A program made the position numbers and the translations under genes. DNA of 64,000 nucleotides, taken from Candidatus Poribacteria bacterium (GTDB taxonomy: Bacteria; Poribacteria; WGA-4E; WGA-3G). The notes below the pieces were generated by a model that saw only the letters and a list, made by a program, of their open reading frames with translations, had not been told where the DNA came from and did no database searches. Every line of letters starts with the position of its first letter. Positions within the stretch are counted from its first letter, which is position 1. This document shows, piece after piece, positions 48,788 through 59,329 of the stretch. The stretch is from the NCBI GenBank assembly GCA_965242965.1, contig OZ251518.1:1728001-1792000 (forward strand), given 5' to 3'.

Positions 48788-51700
48788 TCAGATGAAAAAC
48801 TCAAATTGCACATCCGCAGTGGGATGCAGATGTTTGATGAGGAGTGTATCCTTATCAGCGAGATAGAGCCACCCGGAGCCGGTGTCACCGGATTCTTTTT
48901 CCAGCGATTTCACGGCAGGGAGCTCGGTTTCAATGTCAAGGCTTCGGACGCGAATGCCTTGCGGCGGACGGCCGTAACCTGCGATAAGCGTCCAACTGGT
49001 TTCGTTTTCGGCGTAACTGAGATTCCACGTCAGTTTGCCACCCTTGGCGAGTTTAACCCCTTCCACTTTAGCACCGGAACTGATATGGATTTTGCCGGTG
49101 ATAACGGTTTTCACACCCGGGTCCAACCCGCGAAGCGCGTAGACGTTCGCCATAATATCCTCTGGGTTGAGATGCGGTCCGCGGCCTTCGGTGCAGAACT
49201 CATAAAGTCCATCGGGATACGTGCCTTTGCGCTCACTCTCCGTCCACTGTTGATACATCGCACTGACGGTGATGCCTTCCGCAATCTTTTCCCACTGAGC
49301 ACTGTCCTGAACACTGTCTGCAGTCGCGTTTTTCACCCGCGCCAAATGCTGCAGATAATAGGCGAACACCAAGCCGTTCCACTGCACCGGCACGCCGAAC
49401 CACGGGTGCGTATAGAACGTCGTCCCGAAGACAGGAATGGAAGCAAAATGCATACTCGGCCGGTCTGGGAGATGCCAATGATAGAGGAACGGCATCCCTG
49501 CCTTCGCCCAATATTCGGCGCGCTTGAGATACGCCTTTTCGCCCGTGATTTCATACGCCTCAACATACGCGCCGAGTGCATAGGCGGCAGCAAGCAGGTC
49601 TGGTTGATACATCGGGCATTCCCACAATTGCGCGCCGCGCGGCACAGTGAACCGGTTCATGAATCCGAGTGCCTCCAGTCCCGCCTCTCGCGAAGTCATA
49701 TCACCGGTGATTCTGGCGTGTTTGAGGAGCGTCAGCGCGGCATTGGCGCACGTGCCGAGCACTGCATCGCCGGCGTTACCGAGTTTCGCGGTTTTATCGC
49801 TTGTCGGCTGCCACCGCCAACTGCCATCAGGTTCTTGTTCGCTGATGAGCCGCAATGTCTCAGTCTTCATGAAGTCTAACGCCGCCGCAAGGTAACCGAC
49901 GTAGAACGGAAATTCCCATCGCAAGATATGGCAGGTGCCGCGTGCAGCGAGACTGCCTTCCCCGGACTCATCGCGTGTGCTTTTGAGAATGTGCTGAACG
50001 CGTTCCTTCACATCGGCATCTTCGGTTGCGAGGTAATCATACCAGAGCAGCGTGCCGATGCCGGGTTCGTTGTGTGCTTGCCAATCGATGCAGTGCCGCG
50101 ATTTTTGCGTCTCGGTATCCCACGTAGTGTGCATAAAGCCGTGCCGCGAAAGCAGCAACTCTTCTACGTCACCTCGCGGCGGTTCGAGCGGTTCAGGTGT
50201 CCCGTAGGCATCGCACCAATGCGTTACTGCATCCAAAACCGTGGCGTTCCCCGCTGCGATGAGTTCGGTTTTGATGGAGACGGCTTGTCCCGATTTGAGG
50301 CGATAGGCGTTCGTCGCAAGCGTCTGGTTTTCCGTTACCCATTCAGGCACCGTCGGCAAGAACACGCCCATCAACGTGTTTCGCTGATGATGGAGCCAAT
50401 TTGGAGACGCAAAGATGGCAGAGAGATTATGATTGTCGCCATCCCATGTCTCCAACGGGTGCCAAATTATGCCGACGACGCACTTCTGGACTTCCACCGC
50501 CATCACCGGCACGGTAATCTTATACGGGTGCGGCACGAGGCGGTTGTCGTGTGGCGGCGCGGCATCGCGCGGGTTTGAGGAACGCTCAGCTCCATCTAAA
50601 AATTCCAGTCCAGGGAACAGAGCACCCGTCTTCTTCTCGCGATTGCGTCCTTGGCGCGAGGCGTAAAGCATCGGCCCGTGGAAAGCGAGGAGCTCTCTGT
50701 CTTGCTCTGCCTCCAAGCGCGTCTCGTTCCGAATGCGGGTGGCGTTTTCGCCGAGCACCCACTCACTCCGATACTGCCACGTCACCCCATCGGCATCGGT
50801 GTGTTCGCCCATCACATAGACGATGGACTCGCCGCTGTTATTCCCGGCGAGCTGGTATTCGGATGGGGTGATGCGGAACGTGTGCTGCGTCTCGGTTTTG
50901 CTATCCCTGTAGGTAACCTCGGACAGCGCGGGACAAACGGCAACCTGATGGTATGTGCCGGTCTTCACCGCAAACAGCGCGTAGTATTCAAACCCGCTAG
51001 CACCCCGAACAAAAACGATGCGGAGGTGCTTATTTCCCATGACGAGGTGTCCATCTTGCGAGTAAGTGTGCAGCTCTTTTACCGCTTTCGCGGCAAGTTT
51101 CGGGAGCGGGGGCCGCATGTCCACACTGCCGGAAGCCGTGTAGCGCGTATCGCCTGTAGCCGTTTGGCATCGCAGCACGGCAGATGCCTTAGGCGAGTGC
51201 GAGGAACGGCGCACAAGCCACGAAACGGCGACTTTCTCCCCCGGTGCAACGTTTTTTATGTTTTGCGTAGGGCGGCCGCGCCACAATCTTACACCGCTAA
51301 GAGTGACACGCGCGTTATCCGCCTTGCCGAGTGGCGCGTCACCCACATTCTGGACGGTGCATTGTATCTCAAAATCCTCACCGGTGGTGACGACAGCGGC
51401 AGTGGGAGCGATGCTCACAATTTCAAGTTTCGGTTGCGCGGCGTATAGCGTCAATGTTTGCAATGATGACGTTTCAGTCTCGCACTGCGCGCGGAATGCC
51501 GCTATAACCTGAGAAACACGGGTTGAAACGTCGGTATCAAATTCAAACAGCCGCTGGCTTTCATCAGCGAATTGCGCGAGGGCAGTGCATCCGAAGACTT
51601 CAGGTTCCGCGTCCCCTTTCGCCTTCCGAAAGGAACATTGTGTGAGTTTAAGCAACCGCGGTTTTCCCCAGAGTGCCCAAGCGTAGTTGCTATTGCCTTC

Positions 51701-52396
51701 TACGTTACAACGCGTCAGGAAAGAGACGCGTATCTCTTGCCCGGCGTATCCGGTAAGTTCTACGGCGTGTTCATCCCAGCGGCATTCGGTTGCAACCGCC
51801 TCAAAGTCAGATACCTCCTGTCGATAAGCCTGTCGGGAGCGGGAGGGCGCGCCTATCGCATCAATTTCAATGCAGAATTGCACGCCGCCGGGTTGCCGCG
51901 CGGTGTCGTTAAACACGACACCGTCCCGCAAACCGATGCAGAAATGCAGAAAGAGTTTTTCGTCATCCGCAACGTCCGGAAGCGAGAGTGTGTAGGCAAT
52001 CCGCGCTGCGTCCATCGGCGTTGGGTGCGCGAAAAGCGCAGGCTTCGTTACACCGCCGACAGTATCCGAACTGCTAGCGGATGCATGTTCTGTCCCGAAT
52101 ACCTCGCCTTCTTCAAACATGGCGACGAAGTCATACAGCACTTCGCGCACACCGAGGGCTGGCGGTTCTTGGAGAGAGGATGCTTCTTCAATCTTATCCG
52201 AAGAGACATCTGTCTCCGCTTCTGGGGTGGCATCGGTTTCGCTTGCCGCATCGTCAGTTTCAGGTTGCGACTCCTCTTCGCGGACAGCAGCATCCGCGCC
52301 CTGGGTATTCTCAGCGTCGGGCGGCGCGGGTTCTGGCTGCGTCTCGGCAGTTTCGTCTGCATCCGTAGCCGGGAGCCGTTCAAAAACAGTCACCAT
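48788..52396 (-). CDS. Large hypothetical protein: acidic N-terminus, CARDB-like domain, beta-sandwich, C-terminal (alpha/alpha)-toroid-like region
   Basis: 1202-aa ORF; TVQNVGDAP, QEPDGSW, EAYEITGEKAYLKRA. Confidence 0.65.
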   Translation of the reverse strand: MVTVFERLPATDADETAETQPEPAPPDAENTQGADAAVREEESQPETDDAASETDATPEAETDVSSDKIEEASSLQEPPALGVREVLYDFVAMFEEGEVFGTEHASASSSDTVGGVTKPALFAHPTPMDAARIAYTLSLPDVADDEKLFLHFCIGLRDGVVFNDTARQPGGVQFCIEIDAIGAPSRSRQAYRQEVSDFEAVATECRWDEHAVELTGYAGQEIRVSFLTRCNVEGNSNYAWALWGKPRLLKLTQCSFRKAKGDAEPEVFGCTALAQFADESQRLFEFDTDVSTRVSQVIAAFRAQCETETSSLQTLTLYAAQPKLEIVSIAPTAAVVTTGEDFEIQCTVQNVGDAPLGKADNARVTLSGVRLWRGRPTQNIKNVAPGEKVAVSWLVRRSSHSPKASAVLRCQTATGDTRYTASGSVDMRPPLPKLAAKAVKELHTYSQDGHLVMGNKHLRIVFVRGASGFEYYALFAVKTGTYHQVAVCPALSEVTYRDSKTETQHTFRITPSEYQLAGNNSGESIVYVMGEHTDADGVTWQYRSEWVLGENATRIRNETRLEAEQDRELLAFHGPMLYASRQGRNREKKTGALFPGLEFLDGAERSSNPRDAAPPHDNRLVPHPYKITVPVMAVEVQKCVVGIIWHPLETWDGDNHNLSAIFASPNWLHHQRNTLMGVFLPTVPEWVTENQTLATNAYRLKSGQAVSIKTELIAAGNATVLDAVTHWCDAYGTPEPLEPPRGDVEELLLSRHGFMHTTWDTETQKSRHCIDWQAHNEPGIGTLLWYDYLATEDADVKERVQHILKSTRDESGEGSLAARGTCHILRWEFPFYVGYLAAALDFMKTETLRLISEQEPDGSWRWQPTSDKTAKLGNAGDAVLGTCANAALTLLKHARITGDMTSREAGLEALGFMNRFTVPRGAQLWECPMYQPDLLAAAYALGAYVEAYEITGEKAYLKRAEYWAKAGMPFLYHWHLPDRPSMHFASIPVFGTTFYTHPWFGVPVQWNGLVFAYYLQHLARVKNATADSVQDSAQWEKIAEGITVSAMYQQWTESERKGTYPDGLYEFCTEGRGPHLNPEDIMANVYALRGLDPGVKTVITGKIHISSGAKVEGVKLAKGGKLTWNLSYAENETSWTLIAGYGRPPQGIRVRSLDIETELPAVKSLEKESGDTGSGWLYLADKDTLLIKHLHPTADVQFEFFI

Positions 52397-52421
52397 TTAT
52401 TCCTTTTCACTCCATTCTATT

Positions 52422-53600
52422 TCATCGACTGCGATAAAAGCCTCTTCGGGGAGCCCATCGATAGAGGGCATTTTCACGCCATGCCTGTTTCATCGCCTGC
52501 ATCTCTGCGTTCAATTCGGGGACAGGTGCCGCGTCCTGCATCTGCCACGCGCCCGATGCATCCTTCCGAACCGGCTGCCGTTGCGCAGCAGGCACAATGC
52601 CAAACGGACGGTGCGGCTCAACCTGATACCAATAAGCGACAGATGACATCTCATTGCTGAGGTGGTTACCGTGGCCGTGCTCAATTGTCACCCGAATTTC
52701 CTCCGCAAAACGGACAGGATTTTCGAGATGATAAACGTAGGATGTCTGGTATCCATCGGTATCGTCTTCGTGGATAGACGAACCGTTGTGCGCGAACGCA
52801 TTCTTTTGCATGCCCCACGCCTGATTCAGGTAATCTTCAGCACCTGTGCCGTGCAAATCGGGAGGCCACTTGTAGCCATCAATCCAAATCATATCGTCGC
52901 CTTCGCCCCACCACGTGTCTTGGAAGTTGGTAACAGAGAGATTGCAGCCGATGTAATGCCCCCTGCCTTCGGCGGACAAGATGAGGTAGTTATTCTCCCA
53001 CGCGAGGCGTTCAGCGTTGACGATATTCGACTCTGACGAGTTGACGCGGATTTCGTGCCCCCATCCATCGCACGGATTTTCGCGCAGGAACTGCGCATGG
53101 AAATACGCGACATCGTCGCCGTGCGGCGCAGGATACTGCTCGTAGTCAACGTAGAAGTATTGGCGGTGCGGCGTATCGCCTTCGTTGACAAGTTCGATGC
53201 GGGCAGCGCGGTTAAACGGCATTTGCAGATAGCAATTAAGCGCGCAACCAACGTTAAACGCGTTGTTCTGTCCTGTCGACGCGGAGAACGGAATAGAGTC
53301 ATAAGAGTTGACGATTTCGTTGCCGAGCCCGAAGAAGTCACCCAACGGGCACAACACACTCGGATGCTCCTCATCGTCCCAGAACATCTGAATCAGCACG
53401 TCCCGATAGCCGTTCGGCTGCGTCATCCAAATGTGGTTGATACTGCCGGGGCCTTGGATATCGGCGAGCACGCGCGTTTCACCGGGCGCGATGTCCCATG
53501 CATCGTTATTGCGTCCCGTGGTATCCCACGAGGAAGCGCGTCCAGAGCGCGCATTTTTCACACGCGTCAGCGATGATAAAAGTCCTTCAAGGTATGCCAT
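52422..53600 (-). CDS. DUF2961 / GH172 glycoside hydrolase
   Basis: GPGSINHIWMT, PLGDFFG, WWGEGDD, HGTGAEDY, IEHGH, SSVAYWYQ. Confidence 0.9.
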   Translation of the reverse strand: MAYLEGLLSSLTRVKNARSGRASSWDTTGRNNDAWDIAPGETRVLADIQGPGSINHIWMTQPNGYRDVLIQMFWDDEEHPSVLCPLGDFFGLGNEIVNSYDSIPFSASTGQNNAFNVGCALNCYLQMPFNRAARIELVNEGDTPHRQYFYVDYEQYPAPHGDDVAYFHAQFLRENPCDGWGHEIRVNSSESNIVNAERLAWENNYLILSAEGRGHYIGCNLSVTNFQDTWWGEGDDMIWIDGYKWPPDLHGTGAEDYLNQAWGMQKNAFAHNGSSIHEDDTDGYQTSYVYHLENPVRFAEEIRVTIEHGHGNHLSNEMSSVAYWYQVEPHRPFGIVPAAQRQPVRKDASGAWQMQDAAPVPELNAEMQAMKQAWRENALYRWAPRRGFYRSR

Positions 53601-53663
53601 GTAGTTTTCATTCCTCTGTTTTCTGCTATTATAGCACACTTCGGTTAGAAAGCAAGCCTTTTT

Positions 53664-54476
53664 TTAGCCTGCTATTACCGCCTTCATTTTTTCCAAACCG
53701 ATGCGCGCCACTTCCCTCGGGTCTTCCGCCCAGTACGCCGGGTTGAACAACTCCAGTGAGATAACGCCGTGATACCCTGCGTCTTCTAAGATGGCAAGCA
53801 TTTGCCCGAGGTCCAAAATGCCATCGCCGGGATAGACTCTGTCAGCATCGGTTTGCTCTTCGCGCGCGGGGTGCGCGGGCGCGTCATTGAAATGGAACAC
53901 AGCGATTTTATCGGCGGGAATCCCACGCATATCGTCAATCTCCCCACCGCCGCGATAGAGATGAAACGGATCCAGCACAATGGTGCTATCGGGATGGTTT
54001 GCCACGCGCATCACCTCCCACGCGTGCTTGACTTTGTTGACACCGTCAACGAATCCGAGGAATTCCATTGCTGGTTTTACGCCAAATTCACGTCCAATTT
54101 CCAGCAGTTCGCGATAGTTTTCGCCGCCTAACTGCAGTTCTGCCACCTCGCGCGGGGGACTGGCGATGATGTAAGTCGCACCGATAGCGGCGGCTTGCGC
54201 CATGCGCCGTTTTGCTTCTTCGATGGCCTGCTGATGTTCGGCTCCGGTTGTATTGAGCCACCCGTGCAAAGCGATGACTGTAGGGACAGAAAGCCCCTGG
54301 TCCTCCAACGCGCTTTTGACATCGGCGAGGGAGCCGCCCTGTTCCTCGTGAGCGGTGAGATCATCGTTCCAGAGCTCAATCGCCGAGTAGCCAACTTCGC
54401 CTGCGATGCGGATTTTATCCATTAAACTCGCAGGACGAATGGTGCTGGTATTAAATCCTAACTGAAATTGTGCCAT
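53664..54476 (-). CDS. Sugar phosphate isomerase/epimerase (IolI-like TIM barrel)
   Basis: MEFLG, LDPFH, HFND, DRVYPGDG, SLELFN. Confidence 0.88.
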   Translation of the reverse strand: MAQFQLGFNTSTIRPASLMDKIRIAGEVGYSAIELWNDDLTAHEEQGGSLADVKSALEDQGLSVPTVIALHGWLNTTGAEHQQAIEEAKRRMAQAAAIGATYIIASPPREVAELQLGGENYRELLEIGREFGVKPAMEFLGFVDGVNKVKHAWEVMRVANHPDSTIVLDPFHLYRGGGEIDDMRGIPADKIAVFHFNDAPAHPAREEQTDADRVYPGDGILDLGQMLAILEDAGYHGVISLELFNPAYWAEDPREVARIGLEKMKAVIAG

Positions 54477-54544
54477 TTTATTCCTATTACCGGTAGGGAC
54501 GGTTTGAAACCGCGCCTACCGGGGGAGTTCTGCGTTGTGTTCAT

Positions 54545-55345
54545 CTATTTTTCCATCAATGCGCGAATGAAGCGGACATCGATGCGCGCCAGATCAATGA
54601 CACTCTCCACCGGTTCACCGCTGTATTCGCTATGGAAACTGATGGGGCCGGAAAAGTTCATCGCTGTCAGCGTATTCACGGCGGTTTCCCAATCAACGAA
54701 GCCTTTGCCCATGCGGACAACCGCGCCGCCCCGCATCCCCGGCGAACGCGCCAAGTCTTTGAATGCCATCACGGCGAGGTGCGATTTGACAATATCAAGT
54801 GCCATGTTAATCGGTTCTCCGACGATGGAGAGGTGCCCTGTGTCCGCAAAAACGCCGACGTGTTGCGCGTCAAACCCTTTGACGAGGTTCATCACGGCGC
54901 AAGAGTTGAGCCCCATGGAGGTTCCGGAGTGATTATGAATGCAGGTGCGCGGCCCGTATTTCTCCGAAAGTTTCGCGAAACCGTCCAATTGGCTGCGGAT
55001 AAAATCGACTTGGCTCCAATAGCCGTCATTCTCCGCGTGCCAGTGCCAATATCCAAGTTTGATATTTTCGACACCGGCTTCGCCTGCGGCGGCATAGACA
55101 CGAATCGTCTCCGCGTCGGTAGGTTCGAGAAAATCGCCGGGTGTCGTAATCAGCGGAATAGACAGTCCTTCAGCAGCGAACTGTTTTGCCGCTGCAGGCA
55201 GTGCTGTCGTCGCGTTTTCCGGGGTAACTGGATAGCCGGGGCGCACACAAAGATCTGCCCCTTGGACACCTACGGAGTGGAGTGCCTTGATGATATCCGG
55301 GACATCCAAACCTTGTAGGTGTTTGGTAAACATAATAAATTTCAT
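54545..55345 (-). CDS. Sugar phosphate isomerase/epimerase TIM barrel
   Basis: HNHSG, DTGH, KD, G.G.VDW, HSEY. Confidence 0.85.
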   Translation of the reverse strand: MKFIMFTKHLQGLDVPDIIKALHSVGVQGADLCVRPGYPVTPENATTALPAAAKQFAAEGLSIPLITTPGDFLEPTDAETIRVYAAAGEAGVENIKLGYWHWHAENDGYWSQVDFIRSQLDGFAKLSEKYGPRTCIHNHSGTSMGLNSCAVMNLVKGFDAQHVGVFADTGHLSIVGEPINMALDIVKSHLAVMAFKDLARSPGMRGGAVVRMGKGFVDWETAVNTLTAMNFSGPISFHSEYSGEPVESVIDLARIDVRFIRALMEK

Positions 55346-55357
55346 GCGAAAACTCTC

Positions 55358-56461
55358 CTACCAATCAACGACAGCCCCATCGTCGGGATGGAATGTCTCT
55401 GGATTCCGCCAATCGTGGTAGATTTTGTCCTCAAGCGCGTCTTCATCAAGCTCGATGCCCAAACCGGGTCCCGTCGGTAATTCCACAAACCCATCTTTGA
55501 AGACAAACGGATTCTTTAAATACCCCTCGCCTAACGTGGTGTGCTCCTGCATCAAGAAATTCGGGATAGAGGCATCAAGTTGGATGCACGCCGCCAGCGA
55601 GATGGGCCCGAGGGGGTTGTGCGGGGCAATGCCGCCGTAATATGCCTCCGCCATGCCAGCGATGATGCGGACTTCGTTGATACCACCGGCGTGACACAGA
55701 TCTGGCTGCAGGATGCTCGCTGCTTGCTTCTCAAGGATTTCACGGAATCCCCACTTTGTGAACACGCGTTCGCCGGTAGCGATAGGCAAATGCGTGCCGC
55801 GCGCAATCTCCGCCAGCACATCCACGTTTTGGCACTGAATCGGCTCCTCCACGAACATCGGTTGATACGGTTCCAACGCTTTAATGAGCAACTTCGCCGT
55901 TTGCGGGCTAATCGCGCCGTGAAAGTCAATAGCAAGATCGACCTCGGGGCCGGCGGCTTCGCGCAGTGCGGCGAAATGATTCACGGCTTTGTCAACGAAC
56001 GCTTTGTTCTCAATGATACGCGCAGGCCGCCCGCCTGCGACACCGGTTTTAAAGGCGGTAAACCCTTTGTCAATCCATTCCTGAATGCCGGCCGGATCTC
56101 CACCACCTTTGTAAAGTCGGATTTTGTCGCGAGTCGGGCCACCGAAAAGTTGGTAGACAGGCACGCCGAGCGACTTTCCAGCCAGATCCCAGAGTGCTTG
56201 CTCAACGCCGCTGAGCGCGCTTGTCAGAATGGGGCCGCCGCGGTAGAAGGCGTGTCGATACATCGCCTGCCAGTGGTGGACGACGCGCCTCGGGTCTTCG
56301 CCGATGAGGTAAGGCGCGAGTTCATCGACTGCCTGCGCGCACGTTTTGGCGCGCCCCTCCAAAATCGGTTCCCCGAGCCCGACTAACCCTTCGTCCGTGT
56401 GGATTTTGAGAAAGAGCCAGCGCGGCTGCACCAGGAACGTTTCCAATTTAGTAATCTTCAT
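55358..56461 (-). CDS. dgoD: Galactonate dehydratase
   Basis: PRWLFLKI.TDEG.VG.GEP, FYRGGPIL, DFHG, EEP, TGER, QPDL.HAGG, APHNPLGP, DGAVVDW. Confidence 0.9.
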   Translation of the reverse strand: MKITKLETFLVQPRWLFLKIHTDEGLVGLGEPILEGRAKTCAQAVDELAPYLIGEDPRRVVHHWQAMYRHAFYRGGPILTSALSGVEQALWDLAGKSLGVPVYQLFGGPTRDKIRLYKGGGDPAGIQEWIDKGFTAFKTGVAGGRPARIIENKAFVDKAVNHFAALREAAGPEVDLAIDFHGAISPQTAKLLIKALEPYQPMFVEEPIQCQNVDVLAEIARGTHLPIATGERVFTKWGFREILEKQAASILQPDLCHAGGINEVRIIAGMAEAYYGGIAPHNPLGPISLAACIQLDASIPNFLMQEHTTLGEGYLKNPFVFKDGFVELPTGPGLGIELDEDALEDKIYHDWRNPETFHPDDGAVVDW

Positions 56462-56490
56462 GGAGTTCCTCAGTTTTAGGTTTATGTTTT

Positions 56491-56520
56491 ATCTTACCAT
56501 TCCTGTCACAATTTTGTCAA
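56491..56520 (-). promoter_or_regulatory. sigma70 promoter of dgoD operon
   Basis: TTGACA-18 bp-TAAGAT with extended TG on the minus strand. Confidence 0.6.
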
Positions 56521-56562
56521 TAGATTTTTTTGAAAAAAGTTGCCATTCGCAAACAAACCGAA

Positions 56563-57298
56563 ATAACCGAGGGGGTTTCATATCTCGATTTCTTCCCGGT
56601 AGGAGAGACCTCGGGTCTCAATGCACACCCGTAGGAGAGACCTCCCGGTCTCGATGTTCCCGTACTCCCCTCTCTGTAGTTTGTGATCGCCTGATCACAA
56701 ACGGGTCAGGATCAGGCGATCCTGAACTACAGGGCCTGGCGCGCGGACGATGGCGAGGGACAGGCCCTCGCCCTACGGTGAGGGATGGCGTTTTTTTCGT
56801 AGCGCGGGGGCCCTCGGATGCCATACGCGCATCCGAGCGGGTTTCTCCCGCGATGGCTCAAGAACCGTTTTTTCATCGTAGCGCGGGGGACAGGCCCCCG
56901 CGATCGTTGGAGTGCGCGGACGATGGCGAGGGACAGGCCCTCGCCCTACGATGAAGGGGTGGCGTTTTTTTCCGTAGCGCGGGGGGCTCGGATGCCCCAC
57001 GCGCATCCGAGCGGGTTTCCCCCGCGATGGCTCAAGAACCGTTTTTTCATCGTAGCGTGGGGGCCTGTCCCCCGCGATCTCCATCGTCAAGAGGGAGCGT
57101 TTTAGGTCCTACGGACTCCCCTCTCTGTAGTTTGTGATCGCCTGATCACAAACGGGTCAGGATCAGGCGATCCTGACCTACAGGGCCTGGTGCGCGGACG
57201 ATGGCGAGGGCCTGTCCCTCGCCCTACGATGAAGGGGGCTTTCTCCCGCTGCCCCCGGAAGTCTCTCCTACACAGATTTATGAAACACCCCGAAATAA
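56563..57298. mobile_element. MITE-like REP cassette
   Basis: ccgagggggtttcata ... tatgaaacaccccg. Confidence 0.68.
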
Positions 57299-57314
57299 CC
57301 CAACTGCGCTATCC

Positions 57315-58643
57315 TCACACATACTTCCGCAAATGCACCAGCGTGCGCGCCACTGCCCCCAAATTCTCCGCTATCACCTGCTTCCCACGTTCTCCCGCCG
57401 CCGTTCGCGACTCTTCATCAGACAGCCATTCGGCAATGGCATCTGCCAACTGCGCCGCGTTCTGCACCATTTTCGCGGCACCCCTTTCTAGCAGCAGAAA
57501 CGCTTCCGCCGCGTTATGAATAGTCGGCCCGAACAAAACAGGCTTCGCCATCGCCGCGGGCTCCATCACGTTATGCACGCTGCCGTGAAAACTGCCGCCG
57601 ACGAACGCAATATCTGCTAACCGGTAAAGTTTGGCGAGATGCCCCACTGCATCGATTACAATTGTATTGACTTGTGACAAATTCGTCCCAGTTTCAAGTT
57701 CCGAAAAACAGACGTGCGTCAGTTCCCGCTCATCCAATTTGGCGCGAATTTCTGCTATCCGTTCCAGTGTCGGTTCATGCGGGACCAGAATCAGGTGTGG
57801 GACAGGCGCGCTTGCCGAGCGCGCTTGTTCCCGCAGCAGCGGATACGCCTCCAATAACACCGCTTCTTCCTCTGAATAAGTGCTACCGGCGATGAGAATC
57901 GGGCTCCTCAGCGAGGCTTGTCCGGGGAAAAATTCAGCATCGGGTTTTACCGCCATAGCACGCAGGCACACCTGTTCGTAACGGGTATCCCCAGTGACGA
58001 CAATCTGGTTTTTCGGAGGAGCGTGTTTTCCGATCGCGCACAACCGCTCAAACCGTGCCGCGTCTTCATCAGAAATAGCGCAATGTAGCGTAATATGCCG
58101 ATGCACACTTCTAAAAAACGGCTTCGCGAACGGAGTTAACCGCTTCGATTTGGCGTGCAATGTCCCTGCCACGACGACAATAGGAACGCTGCATTCGGAT
58201 GCCTTCCACACCAGATTGGGCCAAATATCGAATTTAGAAAACACGATGACAGAGGGTGTAATGAGCCGAATCAGGCGTTCCGCATTTGCAGCGGTGTCAA
58301 AAGGGAGATAAACGGCGGCATCGGCGTGCGGGTATCTGCTCACATTCGGCGCGACAGAGGGTGAGAAGAACGTTAAAACAATTCGCGTCTCGGCGTAAAT
58401 CGCCTCAATGAGCGGTTTCGCCTGTTCAAACTCACCGACAGAGGTGAAGTGAAACCATGCGGTGTGCGTGAGGTTCCGCGCGGAACGGAGTTGCGTCTCC
58501 AATTGCTCAAAGACACCTCTCCGTCCGCTGATACCTTCCCGAATTTTCGGGTTGCAATACCCCGCGGCATGAAAACCGACGAACATTGCCGGAATAGCGA
58601 GGGTGTTGTAGATAAATTGCCAGAACACGGTGTTTATGGACAT
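57315..58643 (-). CDS. waaA: 3-deoxy-D-manno-octulosonic acid (Kdo) transferase
   Basis: WFHFTSVGE, YLPFD, TGDTRY, AGST, VGGSF, HNVMEPA, GP. Confidence 0.9.
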   Translation of the reverse strand: MSINTVFWQFIYNTLAIPAMFVGFHAAGYCNPKIREGISGRRGVFEQLETQLRSARNLTHTAWFHFTSVGEFEQAKPLIEAIYAETRIVLTFFSPSVAPNVSRYPHADAAVYLPFDTAANAERLIRLITPSVIVFSKFDIWPNLVWKASECSVPIVVVAGTLHAKSKRLTPFAKPFFRSVHRHITLHCAISDEDAARFERLCAIGKHAPPKNQIVVTGDTRYEQVCLRAMAVKPDAEFFPGQASLRSPILIAGSTYSEEEAVLLEAYPLLREQARSASAPVPHLILVPHEPTLERIAEIRAKLDERELTHVCFSELETGTNLSQVNTIVIDAVGHLAKLYRLADIAFVGGSFHGSVHNVMEPAAMAKPVLFGPTIHNAAEAFLLLERGAAKMVQNAAQLADAIAEWLSDEESRTAAGERGKQVIAENLGAVARTLVHLRKYV

Positions 58644-58695
58644 GACGTAGGCGAGAACTCCCGGTCTCGATGGCTCCCCGTCTAAAATGGCCGCA

Positions 58696-58743
58696 AGGAC
58701 TTACGCGGAAACGGTTCGCGGAACCCGAATCCGCGTAAGTCCT
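58696..58743. repeat. Long hairpin between trxA and waaA (repeat or terminator)
   Basis: AGGACTTACGCGGA ... TCCGCGTAAGTCCT 14-bp stem. Confidence 0.6.
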
Positions 58744-58750
58744 GAAGGGA

Positions 58751-59077
58751 TTAGAGCGCGTCTAAGATTTTCTCTTTCAGCGGCTCTTTCTGCATCGCGC
58801 CGACAATCTGCCCCGCCACCTTCCCGTCTTTGAAGACGAGGAGCGTCGGGATGCTCCGCACGCCGTATTGCATCGCCGACTGGCGGTTTTCATCAACGTT
58901 GAGTTTGCCGACTTTGAAGGTGTCCGCGTTTTCGGCTGCGAGCTCCTCCAAAACCGGTGCAATCATTTTGCACGGGCCGCACCATTCCGCCCAAAAGTCA
59001 ACAACGATAGGCGTGTCTGACGTAAGCACCATGCCTTCAAAGGTGTCATCCGTGATTTCAAACGTATTGGCTGACAT
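58751..59077 (-). CDS. trxA: Thioredoxin
   Basis: DFWAEWCGPCK, SIPTL. Confidence 0.96.
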   Translation of the reverse strand: MSANTFEITDDTFEGMVLTSDTPIVVDFWAEWCGPCKMIAPVLEELAAENADTFKVGKLNVDENRQSAMQYGVRSIPTLLVFKDGKVAGQIVGAMQKEPLKEKILDAL

Positions 59078-59291
59078 GAAAATTCTCCTATTTCAGTAGA
59101 CAGAATCGATTTTTAGGTGTCATCACAGCAGCGCAAGTGCTACTGAATAATACCACATTGTGTCCATTTGTCCGGACAGGTTTCTAGTTTCTGTCCGAGA
59201 AACGCGGCATCGGTTTCCAAAAACGTGGATTTCCGTTTCCGCGCGTCCATTAATTAGGATACCCTATTCCAAAAATAATTTCCACAAAAAA

Positions 59292-59320
59292 TTGACATCT
59301 AAATTATTTTGTGGTATTCT
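59292..59320 (+). promoter_or_regulatory. sigma70 promoter facing the molybdoenzyme operon
   Basis: TTGACA-17 bp-TATTCT with extended TG. Confidence 0.6.
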
Positions 59321-59329
59321 TAAGTGAGC

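Noticed and set aside
48602-52660. Long plus-strand ORFs (425, 216, 265 and 362 aa)
   Set aside because: Antisense to the 1202-aa gene, with no motifs
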